Source of the DNA: a bacterium
GTDB taxonomy: Bacteria; Krumholzibacteriota; Krumholzibacteriia; G020349025
Assembly (NCBI GenBank): GCA_031362565.1
Contig: JANLSU010000121.1
Span: 10,072-74,071, forward strand
Length of the DNA: 64,000 nucleotides
Direction of reading: 5' to 3'
Shown: piece after piece, positions 49,916 through 60,574 of the stretch
Layout: the number at the start of each line of letters is the position of its first letter
Numbering within the stretch: position 1 is the first letter of the stretch
The notes under the pieces: generated by a model
Seen by the model: the letters and a program-made list of their open reading frames with translations, nothing else
Databases searched by the model: none
Told to the model about the DNA's origin: nothing
Position numbers and translations under genes: made by a program

Positions 49916-50507
49916 CGGCCATCTCCCGCGCAAGCCGGATCAGTGCCCGGCTGACCATCATTCGGGCGGCGTCCGGCGTTCGTTGACCGAGTTCGGCGCC
50001 GATCTCGGCATAACTGCATCCCAGTTCGACACGCGCCACAACGGCGGCTCTTTCTTCGTCGCCGAGACGTTGCAACGCCGATTCGTAGCGCGCCAGCGCT
50101 TGCGCGCCAATCAGGGCTTCGAGAGGCGAAGGGTCACTGGACACGAGAGTCTCTTCATTCCCGTCGTGGCCTGGAATTCGTGCCACGCGGCGGATTTCGT
50201 CGCGAACTCGATTGGCGATCGCTTGCCGCAAGTAAGCCTGCAGGGCGCCCGGGCGCCGCGGCTCAAAACCATCGATGTGCTTCAACGTCCGCAGCAGGGT
50301 TTCCTGCACGAGATCGTCGGTCGCCAGCAGATCGCGGGCGCGCGCCGGCAACCGGCTGTGCGCCCAGCGTCGCAACGGCGCCAAATAGCGCGCGCACAGC
50401 TGGTCGAGCGCCGTTGGATCACCCGCCTGCGCGCGTTGCAACAGCTCGAGCGACGGCGTGTCCGGAATCTCGGGCCTGGGCTGCGAGTCCGGTGCGGGCA
50501 CGTCCAT
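49905..50507 (-). CDS. ECF sigma factor, kinase-associated type
   Basis: LLQRAQAGD, TDDLVQET, NRVRDEIRR, SYAEIG...AARMMVSRAL; overlaps the kinase start. Confidence 0.88.
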   Translation of the reverse strand: MDVPAPDSQPRPEIPDTPSLELLQRAQAGDPTALDQLCARYLAPLRRWAHSRLPARARDLLATDDLVQETLLRTLKHIDGFEPRRPGALQAYLRQAIANRVRDEIRRVARIPGHDGNEETLVSSDPSPLEALIGAQALARYESALQRLGDEERAAVVARVELGCSYAEIGAELGQRTPDAARMMVSRALIRLAREMADGV

Positions 50508-50778
50508 GCGGGCTCCCCGTATCGGAAGGGTCAAGGCCCCCATTCTAGCAGCGATCGGGGTCGCGGGCCGCAAGCAGGGTTGGATTGCCGGAGCGCGCAC
50601 CGTTGCCGCCTCTTTGGAAGAGGCCGGCACGCCGGGCCGGGCCCCCCTTCAAGAGGTACCAACGCTGGGCAGAGTCCGACCGAACATGAAATCGACGCCG
50701 GAGGGGAGATCGAGGTCGCCCTACGGAACGGAGTTGCGGCCGGCGCCGGCGCACCACGACTCCGACGTCATGGATCGA

Positions 50779-51048
50779 TCAGTGCACCGGTTTATGGCTC
50801 GCATCCCACTTCGCCTCGACAAGGACCTTCAGTACGTCGACGGCCAGCCGCCCGATCTTTGCCTTTCCACCGACCGCGTTGCGGAAGACGATGACGCCCA
50901 GCTGCATTTCCCGATCGAAGTACATCATCGCGCTGTATCCCGCAACTCCTCCGCTGTGGCCCACCCACGTGAAGTCACCACGGCGCTGCGCCATGAAGCC
51001 GATGCCGTAGCCGAGACTGACCGCCGCGTTCGCGACGTTTTCGGTCAT
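50779..51048 (-). pseudogene. Serine hydrolase (beta-lactamase-like) C-terminal fragment
   Basis: GYGIGF, VGHSGGVAGYSA, LGVIVFRN present; no SxxK-containing N-terminal part. Confidence 0.7.
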
Positions 51049-51451
51049 TCAGGATTCGTGTCGGACCGCCGGCAATACAGTGATCACGTATTTCTCGGTC
51101 GTGAACCTCAATTCGCCCGTGCCGGTTTGTGACCTGCACTTCCAGCCGGAGAACCCAGTCCCCGGATGCATCATGATCGCGTGCGAAGCGCCGGCCGGTT
51201 GGGGCTGTAGCTTCATTCCGATCACCGGTGGCGTTTCATGGGAAGCGCTGTTCCCCGGCCCGGACTGCATCGTCGCGGGGTCGCGCAAGGGCGGCTTCAG
51301 CTTCACTTTGGATCCGGACTTCTGCTGTTACGTGGTCAGCTTCACGGGCCCGCAGCACGAAATACTCGGCGAACAGGAAGAATGCTTCACCTGCGTGCAC
51401 GTCGGCGTGCAGAACAAGACCTGGAGCGACGTCAAGAAGCTCTACAACTAA
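51011..51451 (+). pseudogene. 5'-truncated Cys-rich secreted protein with TW-K-Y tail
   Basis: C-terminus VGVQNKTWSDVKKLYN; open frame extends upstream only to a TAG at 51008 and has no signal peptide. Confidence 0.55.
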
Positions 51452-51470
51452 TCCAAGCGCCACGCTGCTG

Positions 51471-53873
51471 TCAGGGCGTCGCTTCGGGATTCGCATTGCG
51501 GACGCCCAGCTCGCGCATCCGGTCGCGATAGGGTTGGGCCGCCGGTTCCGATCCGGCTTGGGTCAGGATCTGGTCGAGCTTGTGCAGCAGGCTTGCCGAG
51601 TCCGGGAACAATTTCAGCGCCTCGCTCCACGCCGCGACGGCTTGTTGGGGACGGCCTTCCTTGCGCCAGTAGTCGCCGGCCATTTCGAGCGGCACCGGCG
51701 AGTTGGAATTTGCTCGGATCATGTTGTCAATCAGGCGCGGCAACTCTGCCGCATCCTGTGGCGTGTTGCGGCTGTCCAAAACACGTGCCAGGCCCGACCA
51801 CGCCGACAGCGCATGTGTCGAATCGAAAGCGATGGCGCGCCGGTACGCACTTTCGGCGCCCTTCAGGTCGTTGCGCGCCCGCCGCAGGTCCCCGGCCGTG
51901 GAATACAGATCGGCGCGCGTGCCCAATCCCAAGTTGTAGAGACCGCGGCGCCAATGGTCGGCCAGCGAACCGCCAACATCCGGCGGATCGAGCCGCGCCA
52001 AGAGCGCATCGTCGTAGTACTTGGTGAATTCGTCCCAGCCGGGCCGGTACACGCCGACGACGTGCGACGCCAGAATGGTGTTGTCCTTGATGCGATGCGA
52101 GAACACCAGCCGAAAGAGTGATGCACGTTGCATCCAGTCGGGAAACATCACCGGAAAAATCATCAAAAGGTCGGGACGTAAGTTGCGAATGGCGCCGAGG
52201 GTGCGCAAGTGAGCCGGCGAGAACGTCGGCGCCAAGGCGGGAGTCGCCAAGCCGAAGATGTCCACGACCGGGCGGTGCCCGAAGTATGCAGCGGCACCGA
52301 TGTCACACACCGCGATTTTTTCACCGGCCGGGACGTTGGCGTCGATCCATCGCCCCAGCGTCACATCCATATCCTGAATGTTGCGCACGTTGCGCGCGTA
52401 GCGCGTCGGCAACTCCGCTGTGTGTGCGATGAGCAACCCGAGCGCCACAGCGCCGAGCACCGCAGCCAAGAGTCGTGCGCCCGTGCCGCGCAGCGATCCC
52501 GCCGCAAGCAAGGCCAGCACCGGCACGAGCGCCAGCATGACCCCCAGGCGTTCCACTTGCAGCAGCGGGTGCAACGCGTTCTCGGGGTTGGCTCCCGGCA
52601 CGATCAGCGCCAGCGCGGCCATGAACCCGGCGCCTTCGTGTGGTATCGGGTGTTCGAGGTGCAGGTGCGCGAGAAACACGATCGCCACGAGCGTCCCGCA
52701 GACGATACGCGCCCGGCGCGTTGTGAACGCCGCGAAGGCGGCGCGCCCCTCCGCACGCCACAGGGCCACGAGCCCAATCGACGCGCACACCAGGAAGAGC
52801 GGCAGGATGGCGCCAATGTAGCGGCCGTTGTGAATGGGCGGTGTCGCATGTGGCGCCGCAATACCACGCAAGAGCGGCAACCCCACGAGCACGAGCCCAG
52901 GCGCCCATGCACGCCGTGCACTGCGCGCCACCGCCCACGCGCCGAGCGGCGCCGCCGCCAGCAGCGCCAAGTTCAGACGCGCGAAGAATGCGACGCTGAA
53001 CACACCCCAGATGTACGGATACAAGGTCAATGACACCAGCATCTCGCGGCCATCGAAGCGCGCGAGCGCCCGCAGCAGCCCGGTGTCGTGTGCCTTGGCC
53101 GCCAGCGTCGTCGGGAAAAGCGAACCCGCGTGCGACACGTTGAGAGCGAAATACGGGACCAGCAGCAGCATGCCGGCCGCTGCCGGTAGCAACGCGTTGC
53201 GCCAACCGACACCGGGCGCGGAGCCGCGTGCCGCGAGCCAGCGCTCACCGGCAAGAATCGGCAAGAGAATGAGCGTTTCCGGGCGCGCCGCAACCGCCAA
53301 TGCCGCGAGTGCGCCCCACACGAACCGGCGCCGGCCCACCGGCCAGCGATAGAAGGCATCCAGAGTCGCCGTCACGAGCAATGCCGCGAGCGGCGTTTCC
53401 ATTCCCGAGAGGCCGTGCCAGGCGAGTGGCGCGCAGAGTGCGGTTGCAAGCGCCGCAACAAGGCCCGCGATCTCGTCGCCGGCCAACAGGCGCGCCAGGC
53501 GCGACGCAGCAACGACGCAGCCGAGGAACGACAGGAGCCCTAGGATCTTGGGCACCCACACGCCGGCGCCGAAGGCCGCGTACCCCGCGGCGACGAGCAA
53601 CGTCCAGAGCGGCCCCGATGAGGGCTGCGCCATTTCACCGGGGTTGACGCACCAACCATGACCCTGCACCACGTTGCGGGCAATGGTGGCGTGAATCCAG
53701 GCGTCGTCGAGTGGCAGGCCCCAGTCACCGGTGAGAGCGTGTTCCGAACGCCATGCAAGCATGCAGACGAGCGCCGCGAGAACGAGCGGCACCGCGATCC
53801 CGAGCCCGCGCACCAGGCTATGGTTTCGAGCCGGAGGCCCCGCCAGAGCGTTCAACCGATCGCTCCCGGTCAC
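51471..53873 (-). CDS. Polytopic GT-C-like membrane glycosyltransferase with C-terminal TPRs
   Basis: [27 protein letters not shown]...VDIFGL, C-terminal TPR helices; GTGA-coupled to yebC. Confidence 0.7.
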   Translation of the reverse strand: MTGSDRLNALAGPPARNHSLVRGLGIAVPLVLAALVCMLAWRSEHALTGDWGLPLDDAWIHATIARNVVQGHGWCVNPGEMAQPSSGPLWTLLVAAGYAAFGAGVWVPKILGLLSFLGCVVAASRLARLLAGDEIAGLVAALATALCAPLAWHGLSGMETPLAALLVTATLDAFYRWPVGRRRFVWGALAALAVAARPETLILLPILAGERWLAARGSAPGVGWRNALLPAAAGMLLLVPYFALNVSHAGSLFPTTLAAKAHDTGLLRALARFDGREMLVSLTLYPYIWGVFSVAFFARLNLALLAAAPLGAWAVARSARRAWAPGLVLVGLPLLRGIAAPHATPPIHNGRYIGAILPLFLVCASIGLVALWRAEGRAAFAAFTTRRARIVCGTLVAIVFLAHLHLEHPIPHEGAGFMAALALIVPGANPENALHPLLQVERLGVMLALVPVLALLAAGSLRGTGARLLAAVLGAVALGLLIAHTAELPTRYARNVRNIQDMDVTLGRWIDANVPAGEKIAVCDIGAAAYFGHRPVVDIFGLATPALAPTFSPAHLRTLGAIRNLRPDLLMIFPVMFPDWMQRASLFRLVFSHRIKDNTILASHVVGVYRPGWDEFTKYYDDALLARLDPPDVGGSLADHWRRGLYNLGLGTRADLYSTAGDLRRARNDLKGAESAYRRAIAFDSTHALSAWSGLARVLDSRNTPQDAAELPRLIDNMIRANSNSPVPLEMAGDYWRKEGRPQQAVAAWSEALKLFPDSASLLHKLDQILTQAGSEPAAQPYRDRMRELGVRNANPEATP

Positions 53874-54592
53874 CGCAGATTGTGAAACACTTTCTGCACG
53901 TCGTCGTCCTGTTCGAGCCGGTCGATGAGCTTCAGGACTTCGGTGGCCTGGTCTTCGGGAAGCTCCATGGGGTTCTGGGAGATGTATTCGGACTCGGCCG
54001 AAAGCGGCGTGATCTTGCGATCTTCGAGCGCCTTTTGCAGGTGGCCGAACTGCGTGAACGAGCACCGGATGACAACCTGCGGCTCGCCCTTTTCACTGGT
54101 ACTCTCGCCCATTTCCTCGAGACCGTGATCGATGAGCTCGAGCTCGAGTGCTTCCTGGTCGATACCGGCCGGATTCAATCGGAACACACCCATGCGTTTG
54201 AAGGCAAAACTGACACTGCCGCTCGAAGCGAAGGTGCCGCCGCCCTTGACGAAGTGCGATCGCACGTTGGCGACCGTCCGCGTCGAGTTGTCGGTCGCGC
54301 ACTCCACGAGTACCGCGATCCCGTGCGGTGCATAGCCCTCGTACACGATCTCTTCGTAGTTCGATTCGTCGCGCTGCGACGCGCGCTTGATCGCACCCTC
54401 GATCTTGTCCTTGGGCATGTTCAGAGCGCGGGCGTTTTGGATGACCCGGCGGAGCGCCGAGTTGTTGTCCGGATTCGGCCCGCCCGCCTTGACGGCAATC
54501 GACAGTTCCTTGCCAACTCGCGTGAAGGCCTTGGACATCTTGTCCCAGCGCGCGAACATCGTGGCTTTTCGGGTTTCGAAGATGCGCCCCAT
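53870..54592 (-). CDS. yebC: YebC/PmpR-family protein
   Basis: [51 protein letters not shown]. Confidence 0.95.
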   Translation of the reverse strand: MGRIFETRKATMFARWDKMSKAFTRVGKELSIAVKAGGPNPDNNSALRRVIQNARALNMPKDKIEGAIKRASQRDESNYEEIVYEGYAPHGIAVLVECATDNSTRTVANVRSHFVKGGGTFASSGSVSFAFKRMGVFRLNPAGIDQEALELELIDHGLEEMGESTSEKGEPQVVIRCSFTQFGHLQKALEDRKITPLSAESEYISQNPMELPEDQATEVLKLIDRLEQDDDVQKVFHNLR

Positions 54593-54685
54593 GCACGCTC
54601 CTGATGAGTCGAAGGGATCCCTGGCTCGGTCCGTGGCCGCCGGACACTGGAGTTTGCCCCGAGCGCCCGGTGCGAGTAAAGGTGG

Positions 54686-55144
54686 CTACTCTTGGAGGTC
54701 CATGGTCCCCGCGGCCGCCACGGTGGCTTTGAGCCCGGCGATCAGATCGGCCTTTTCGGCGGCGGTCAGGCGCGCCTCCGGGTGGCCGCGCAGATAGGAG
54801 GAGAGCGGCATGTTGCCGCGGCCAATCTGGCGTTCAGCGTTGCTGGCCGGATCGAGCATCGCCAATGACCAGCGCGAGACATTCAGTTTGCTGCGGCCTT
54901 CCTCGACGTGCTGCTGCAGCAGCCATGACACCGGGGCCACGTGGCTGTACCACGGCCAACGCGTGTCGTTGCTGTGACAGTCACCACAGGCGCGAAAGAA
55001 CAGGTCACGCGTGCGGGCTGAATCCCAGGCCGGCTCCGCAGTCACCATGGGATTCACATGCCGGCGACCGTACGGCACGAGTTGCAGCGCGATTCCGAGC
55101 GCCAACACGCCGCCCAGAAGCATCCGAGGTCGAAACTTCGGCAT
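54686..55144 (-). CDS. Haem-binding domain (cytochrome c) protein
   Basis: ACGDCHSNDTRWPWYSHVAPVSW, MPLSSY, HPEARL. Confidence 0.88.
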   Translation of the reverse strand: MPKFRPRMLLGGVLALGIALQLVPYGRRHVNPMVTAEPAWDSARTRDLFFRACGDCHSNDTRWPWYSHVAPVSWLLQQHVEEGRSKLNVSRWSLAMLDPASNAERQIGRGNMPLSSYLRGHPEARLTAAEKADLIAGLKATVAAAGTMDLQE

Positions 55145-55389
55145 CCCACCAACCTTCCTGCCAAGACGTTCACCCGCAGTGTGGCGCTTCACGGCTGCGG
55201 ATTCAATTGTTGGTGTCGAAGCGACACCCGCTCGCAAGAACATTGCGAATTCGTCTGGACTGAATCCCTTGTCCACGCGGTGCGCAAGTGGGCGATTTCA
55301 CCCGCTGCCCTGCGAACGCCGGATCTCTTGTTTGACCGTGCGAAGAATGTCACCTAGCATAGCGGCGGTCACGAGTGAGGAGTTCTGCG

Positions 55390-57156
55390 ATGCGCACAAT
55401 GACGTGGATCGTTGCCGCTCTTGCGATCGTGTCCACGCCATGGCCGGCGGCCGGGTCAACGCCGAACCTTCTACCGGCGGATGCTGCGACAAAACTCGCC
55501 GTGAACGCGCAGTTCACCCGGCCGGTGCTCGCCGGTCGACTGGGACCTGGATCCGGCGAGGACTTTGCGAGTGCGATACCCATCACGTCGCTGCCGTTCA
55601 CCGCTGACGGCAACACTTGCGCCGCCGCCAACAACTACGATCCCGCCTGCGCGTTCGACGAAAACTCCGAAGCCGCGGATCTTGTGTACGTGCTTCACAC
55701 CACGGCCGCCCTGTGTGTCGACATCAGCCTGTGCGGGTCGGGCTTCGACACGGTGCTGCACGTCTATAAGAACGATCCTTCTACCAGCGTGGGCTGCAGC
55801 GACGACGTCTGCACCTTGGATGCGCGGCTCTCGGCGCTGCAACTGGAGGGCGGCAACGATTACTACATTGTCGTCGACGGCTGGGCGAGCCAGTGCGGCG
55901 CGTACCACCTGAGCGTCGCCAACGTGAACCCGACCGTGAGTGGCCGGGTGAGCTATTACGAACCGGCCCTGCCGAACACCAATCGCGTCGCGAACGTCGC
56001 GGTCTGCATCCTTGCCCCGGCGCCGCCGGACGCCTGTGCGCCGCTTTCCGACTTGAACGGGATCTTCAAGGCCACCAACGTCACGCCGGCAGTCTCGACG
56101 CTCGCCGCAAGCCGCACTCCGGCGGCGACGGACCCGGGCACCATCGGCGGCGGCGATGTCAACGTGCTGATTTCCGCGCTAGTCGGCATCCCGCTGACTC
56201 CGGACCAGCAAGTCGCCGCGGACGTGGATGGATCGGGCGGGCCGCCGAATGTGACGGATTTGCAGTGCCTGCGACGCTACGTGGTGTTCGACTTCGCCGC
56301 CTGTCCTTTGTGTGCAACATGGAAGTTCTTCTGCGATCCGCTTGGGGTGAATGCGTCCGCGCCGTGCGCCATCGGCACGATGGGGTGTTCGAATGCCATC
56401 GTCGACTTGAAGGCGATCTTGCTCGCCGATGTCGACGGCAGTTGGCCGAACCGCGCCAAGGCCGCAGCCACGACCGTGGTACCGCTGACGTTTGGCACGG
56501 CCGCCTGGAACGGTGCCGAATGCGTGCTGCCGGTCCTCGCATCCATACACGACACACCGCTGACGAGCGTCGTCTTCAGCCTCGAGTACGACGCGGCAGC
56601 CCTCGAGTTCGAACAGGCGAGCGTGGGCTCGCAAGCCGCAGGCTTCGAACTGACCCTGAATCCCGAACAAGATGGCGTCGTGCATGGCCTGCTGGCGGGC
56701 GGTACGGCGCTCGCCCGGGCGTCAGGAGAAGTGCTCGAGCTGCATTTCCGACTCCGGCAAGGGTCCGATGCCGGAAGCGTCTCGTTCGCGCGCCTCGCAG
56801 TCAACGATCGCGATGCAGAGCAGATGCCGGCGGTGACCGTCTCACACAACGGACAAACGCCGGCCCTGCCGCTCCACTACGGTGTGCGGGCGATCCCGAA
56901 CCCGTTCAACCCGACGACCAGCGTCGAGTACCTGATTCCAGCCGGCGACGGCGTCGTCCCGGTCGCGCTGCGGATCGTCGATCTCGGTGGCCGCGTCGTC
57001 CGCGAACTCCTCCAGGCGCCGCGCGCGCCGGGCCGCTATCGGGCCACGTGGGACGGTACGGACGCGAGCGGCACGCCGGTCGCCTCCGGGGTTTACTTGA
57101 TTCATCTCCGCGCCGGTCGTACGACGACGACTCAGAAGGCCGTACTTCTGCGCTGA
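55390..57156 (+). CDS. Secreted multidomain protein: PPC-like, dockerin-like, cohesin-like, FlgD-Ig/T9SS-like tail
   Basis: Signal peptide; FDTVLHVY...YYIVVDG; AADVDGSGG..VTDLQCLRRYVV; VVFSLEYDAAALEF; PNPFNPTT...TWDGTD...SGVY. Confidence 0.8.
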   Translation: MRTMTWIVAALAIVSTPWPAAGSTPNLLPADAATKLAVNAQFTRPVLAGRLGPGSGEDFASAIPITSLPFTADGNTCAAANNYDPACAFDENSEAADLVYVLHTTAALCVDISLCGSGFDTVLHVYKNDPSTSVGCSDDVCTLDARLSALQLEGGNDYYIVVDGWASQCGAYHLSVANVNPTVSGRVSYYEPALPNTNRVANVAVCILAPAPPDACAPLSDLNGIFKATNVTPAVSTLAASRTPAATDPGTIGGGDVNVLISALVGIPLTPDQQVAADVDGSGGPPNVTDLQCLRRYVVFDFAACPLCATWKFFCDPLGVNASAPCAIGTMGCSNAIVDLKAILLADVDGSWPNRAKAAATTVVPLTFGTAAWNGAECVLPVLASIHDTPLTSVVFSLEYDAAALEFEQASVGSQAAGFELTLNPEQDGVVHGLLAGGTALARASGEVLELHFRLRQGSDAGSVSFARLAVNDRDAEQMPAVTVSHNGQTPALPLHYGVRAIPNPFNPTTSVEYLIPAGDGVVPVALRIVDLGGRVVRELLQAPRAPGRYRATWDGTDASGTPVASGVYLIHLRAGRTTTTQKAVLLR

Positions 57157-57530
57157 CCCGCTCCGATTCCAAACGTTTGCCTGACTCCGTTTCGCCAATC
57201 GGCGGATGCCTGCTGCAATCTCGTGTGGAACTCCGCTGCACCATGGTGGTGCTTCGGCGGGTTGCGACGATTCTCGATCGATCCTCGAAAATGCCGCGTC
57301 CGGCCCCGCGGCGCACCGGATCGAAGGTCAGGACCGTCAGGCGTATTTTCCACGGCAAGCCGGCGACGATCTCCCTGGAAACGTTGTGGGTCGTGGGGTT
57401 ACGGGCGCCGGCGGTGCGCAGTCTGGGAAACGGCATGCCGGGTGCTGTACTCCGAATTCCAAACGGCGACGCCGAGATCAGTCCGCTCGTGCGAGGTCGC
57501 CGGTAGCGCCTCGAAAAGGAATTTGGTGCC

Positions 57531-58730
57531 ATGCGCGTTTCTTCGGCATTACAACACGCCAAACTGCGCGGTCGCGAATGGAGCCTCGCGACAATCACCG
57601 TCGCGTGCATCGCGATCGCATGGATCACCGCATGCGGGCCCATCAGCCCAACCGACAGCAAGTCAGCCGCGGTTCGCGCGGCAGGCCGCGGCGGCGCCCC
57701 GCTCAATCACCAGGGTGATTGCGAAGGCAAGGCCAAGGGCCCGCTGCATTGGGTGTCCGGCCCCCCGGACTCCGAGGGTGAAATCGAACTCGAGAAGGAA
57801 GAGATCGACGACCAAGAGTTCGAAGTCAAAGTCGAGGATCTTCTCCCGGACACGACATATGTCGTCTGCGTGCAGTGCTTGCCGCTCAAGGCAGCCGCGA
57901 AATCGTCACCGGGCGCGGGTACGGCGGCGGTGGGGGCCACGCTCTCGATGCCGCATGTCAGTGGCGCACCTGGAAGCACCGTCACCGTGCCGATTCACGT
58001 CGAGACGACGCACGAGATCACATTCGCGTCATTCGTGGTCGAGTTTCTCACCGACCACGTTCATCTGGTGAGTGCAACCGTCGGCAGCGACGCCTTCGCA
58101 CAGAACTTCACGGATCTGTCGTTCAACAGCACCCTGCCGTTTCCGACCACGACGCCGGGATTGGATGGGCACGTTGCGATTCAGATCTCGAATCCTAACG
58201 GCTTCGGTACAATGTCCGGCAACCATCCATTGGAAGTCGTCCAGCTGCAGTTCGAAGTGCAGAACCGCCCGGGCGAGAGTTCGGCGATCGCGTTCGACGA
58301 CTCCGTGCCGGCCGGTTTGCAGCGCACCTATCTCGAGGTCGTTCCGGGGACCACGCTGGCCGGCACCTCGGCGCTCGCGTTCAACAACGGCAGAATCACG
58401 ATCTTGGGTGGCGCCGACACGTTCGACTGTGGTTGGACGATCCACACCGACTGTCACGGCAAGGGCAAGCTCGAGTTGAAGACCGAACACGGCGATGTCT
58501 TGCCGTGCGGCGTTGCGTCGGTCTGTGAGCTGCAAACCCTAGGCGGTGGGGATCGCTTGGTCGAAGTCCACCTGGGTGATGCGAGCGGCCCCGTCGTGCT
58601 GCGTGGTGTCATGCCACATTTCCGCGACCACGACGATGATCACGACTGCGGCGGCGACGATGACGATCATGATGGCGATGATGGCGATGGCGATGACGAC
58701 GACGACCACGACGGCCATCATCACCACTGA
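57531..58730 (+). CDS. Lipoprotein with cohesin-like domain and Asp/His-rich tail
   Basis: Lipobox-like ITAC; 'GAPGSTVTVPIHV...SFVVEF...VVQLQFEV...FNNGRITI'; tail DHDDDHDCGGDDDDHDGDDGDGDDDDDHDGHHHH. Confidence 0.72.
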   Translation: MRVSSALQHAKLRGREWSLATITVACIAIAWITACGPISPTDSKSAAVRAAGRGGAPLNHQGDCEGKAKGPLHWVSGPPDSEGEIELEKEEIDDQEFEVKVEDLLPDTTYVVCVQCLPLKAAAKSSPGAGTAAVGATLSMPHVSGAPGSTVTVPIHVETTHEITFASFVVEFLTDHVHLVSATVGSDAFAQNFTDLSFNSTLPFPTTTPGLDGHVAIQISNPNGFGTMSGNHPLEVVQLQFEVQNRPGESSAIAFDDSVPAGLQRTYLEVVPGTTLAGTSALAFNNGRITILGGADTFDCGWTIHTDCHGKGKLELKTEHGDVLPCGVASVCELQTLGGGDRLVEVHLGDASGPVVLRGVMPHFRDHDDDHDCGGDDDDHDGDDGDGDDDDDHDGHHHH

Positions 58731-58876
58731 CAAGCGCCTCGATTACACTTCTTCGAGGGTCGCCCGTGAGCGGGCGGCCCTTCGTCGTTCGATCTCAATT
58801 CCTGCGAGAGCGCCGGGGAGGAGGTCCTCGGGAAGCCACGCCGACGGATCGGCACGAGGCCACACCGATCCGTGTT

Positions 58877-60574
58877 TTAGGGGTGGATCAACTTGTCCAA
58901 GTCACGGAACGGTGCCGGCACGAACGCCGGATCGGAAGCTTCGCGAAGTGCGATCTCGATTTGGAACCGCAACACATCGAGGGGCACGGGGTGGCGGTAG
59001 TCCTCGAGCTCGACGCGCAACGCATCGGCAATCGATAAGCTCGACGTGCGCACTTTGCGATACACCTTCACAGCAAGTGCCTCGGCGGCACCCGGGGTGA
59101 GTAACGGCGGCGCGAGCGTTGCCAGTGAACCCTGATCGCCCGGGGGAAGTTCCAGGCCACGCCGCCGCAAGAGCTTGCTGATGAGCGCGGCGCTTTCGGC
59201 GGCGTTTGCCGTCGGCAAGAGCGGCACCTTCACATCGATGCGACCGGGCCGCTTGAGATCGACCTCGATCAGATCCGGCCGGCTGGATGCAAGCACCCAC
59301 ACGACGCGGCCGCGATTGCGCGTGCTGCCCATCTCCTCCGCGATCATCGCGTAAACACGCCCCGACAATCCGCTGTCTCCCGAGCCCGCATCCCGTTTTC
59401 CTAGCGTCTGATCGGCCTCGTCCACGAACACATAGCAGCGGCCGAGCGCCTGAATGAGCCGGAAAATCGTTTCGAGGTTGCCTTCCGTCGAGCCAACCCA
59501 GCGGTCGCGGAAGTTCTTCAGCTTCACGACCGGCACACCGGCTTCGCCCGCCAGACACTCGACCAGGAATGTCTTACCAGTTCCGACCGGACCACAGAAG
59601 AGGTAGCCCTTCGGTAGCGCCTCGAGATCGTTGCGTTTCCATAATTCCAGATCCTGGCGCAGCCACGTCTTCACTGCGTCGAGCCCTTGCAACTCGTCGA
59701 GCGTATGCGTGCTCTCCACGAAATCAATCAACCCGCGGCAGTCCTTCTCGACGAGTTTCTTCTTCAGGTCGGCCAGATCCACGGCTCCGAGCGGCTTGCG
59801 CCCGTACTCCTGTCGTTTGACCAACGACTCGATCGAGGCCAGTGTCGCGCCGCGCAACTGGGCGGCCACGGCGGCGCATTCGTCACCTAACGCTCCCAGC
59901 GCCGCGGGGAATCCCGGCACTGCGATCTGCAGTGAAGATTCGATCTCTTTTTCGGAAGGTAACGGCACCCGGATTTGCGCCGCGCGCGCGCTGCCCGCGA
60001 GCAGCGGATGCAAATCGTTGAGGTTCTCGGCCAACAGGAACGTGACCAAAGGATACTCGGTGAGCAAGGGGTCCGTAGCCCACTCTCGGACCAGCAGCAC
60101 GAGGGCATTTAGTTCTGGATTCGAGCTTCCCGTCCCGGATGGCAGCATGAGGTCGGCGGAGCGCACCGCCAGACCGACATGCAGGCGTTTCTTGCCGAGA
60201 CGGCCCAGGTTGGCGCAATACCGAAAATAGCGCGTGATGAACTCGACCGCGGGACGCGCCATGCGTGGCATCTCCGGCGCTTCCTTGAAGTGCGGCCACT
60301 CGCCGAAGAGATCCCCGCCGCGTTCGACGCGCAAGCCATTGCCCAAGTCGTAGCTCAGCACGACGTCCTGATGTTGCAGGAGCACTTGCAGAAGAAACTC
60401 GTCCAGCGATCCTAGACGTGATCCGGTTGCGAGCGGCAGCACGATGCGGTCTTGCACGTTGCCATGCAGCACGAACTGATTGTACGCACCGCTTTCGTAG
60501 AGAGTAACGAGCTCGGTGGCCCAGGCGGGCAGGTTTGCCTCCCAGGCCGGATTCGGTTTCGGCTCCAAACTCAC
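58877..60574 (-). CDS. Classical-clade AAA+ ATPase with degenerate N-terminal AAA-like domain
   Basis: GPVGTGKT, pore loop WVG, FVDEAD, SSRPD, LKRPGRID. Confidence 0.9.
   Translation of the reverse strand: MSLEPKPNPAWEANLPAWATELVTLYESGAYNQFVLHGNVQDRIVLPLATGSRLGSLDEFLLQVLLQHQDVVLSYDLGNGLRVERGGDLFGEWPHFKEAPEMPRMARPAVEFITRYFRYCANLGRLGKKRLHVGLAVRSADLMLPSGTGSSNPELNALVLLVREWATDPLLTEYPLVTFLLAENLNDLHPLLAGSARAAQIRVPLPSEKEIESSLQIAVPGFPAALGALGDECAAVAAQLRGATLASIESLVKRQEYGRKPLGAVDLADLKKKLVEKDCRGLIDFVESTHTLDELQGLDAVKTWLRQDLELWKRNDLEALPKGYLFCGPVGTGKTFLVECLAGEAGVPVVKLKNFRDRWVGSTEGNLETIFRLIQALGRCYVFVDEADQTLGKRDAGSGDSGLSGRVYAMIAEEMGSTRNRGRVVWVLASSRPDLIEVDLKRPGRIDVKVPLLPTANAAESAALISKLLRRRGLELPPGDQGSLATLAPPLLTPGAAEALAVKVYRKVRTSSLSIADALRVELEDYRHPVPLDVLRFQIEIALREASDPAFVPAPFRDLDKLIHP

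Noticed and set aside
57157..57530. Riboswitch or ncRNA in the long intergenic region
   Set aside because: I could not match a known consensus by eye; an Rfam covariance search would be needed.
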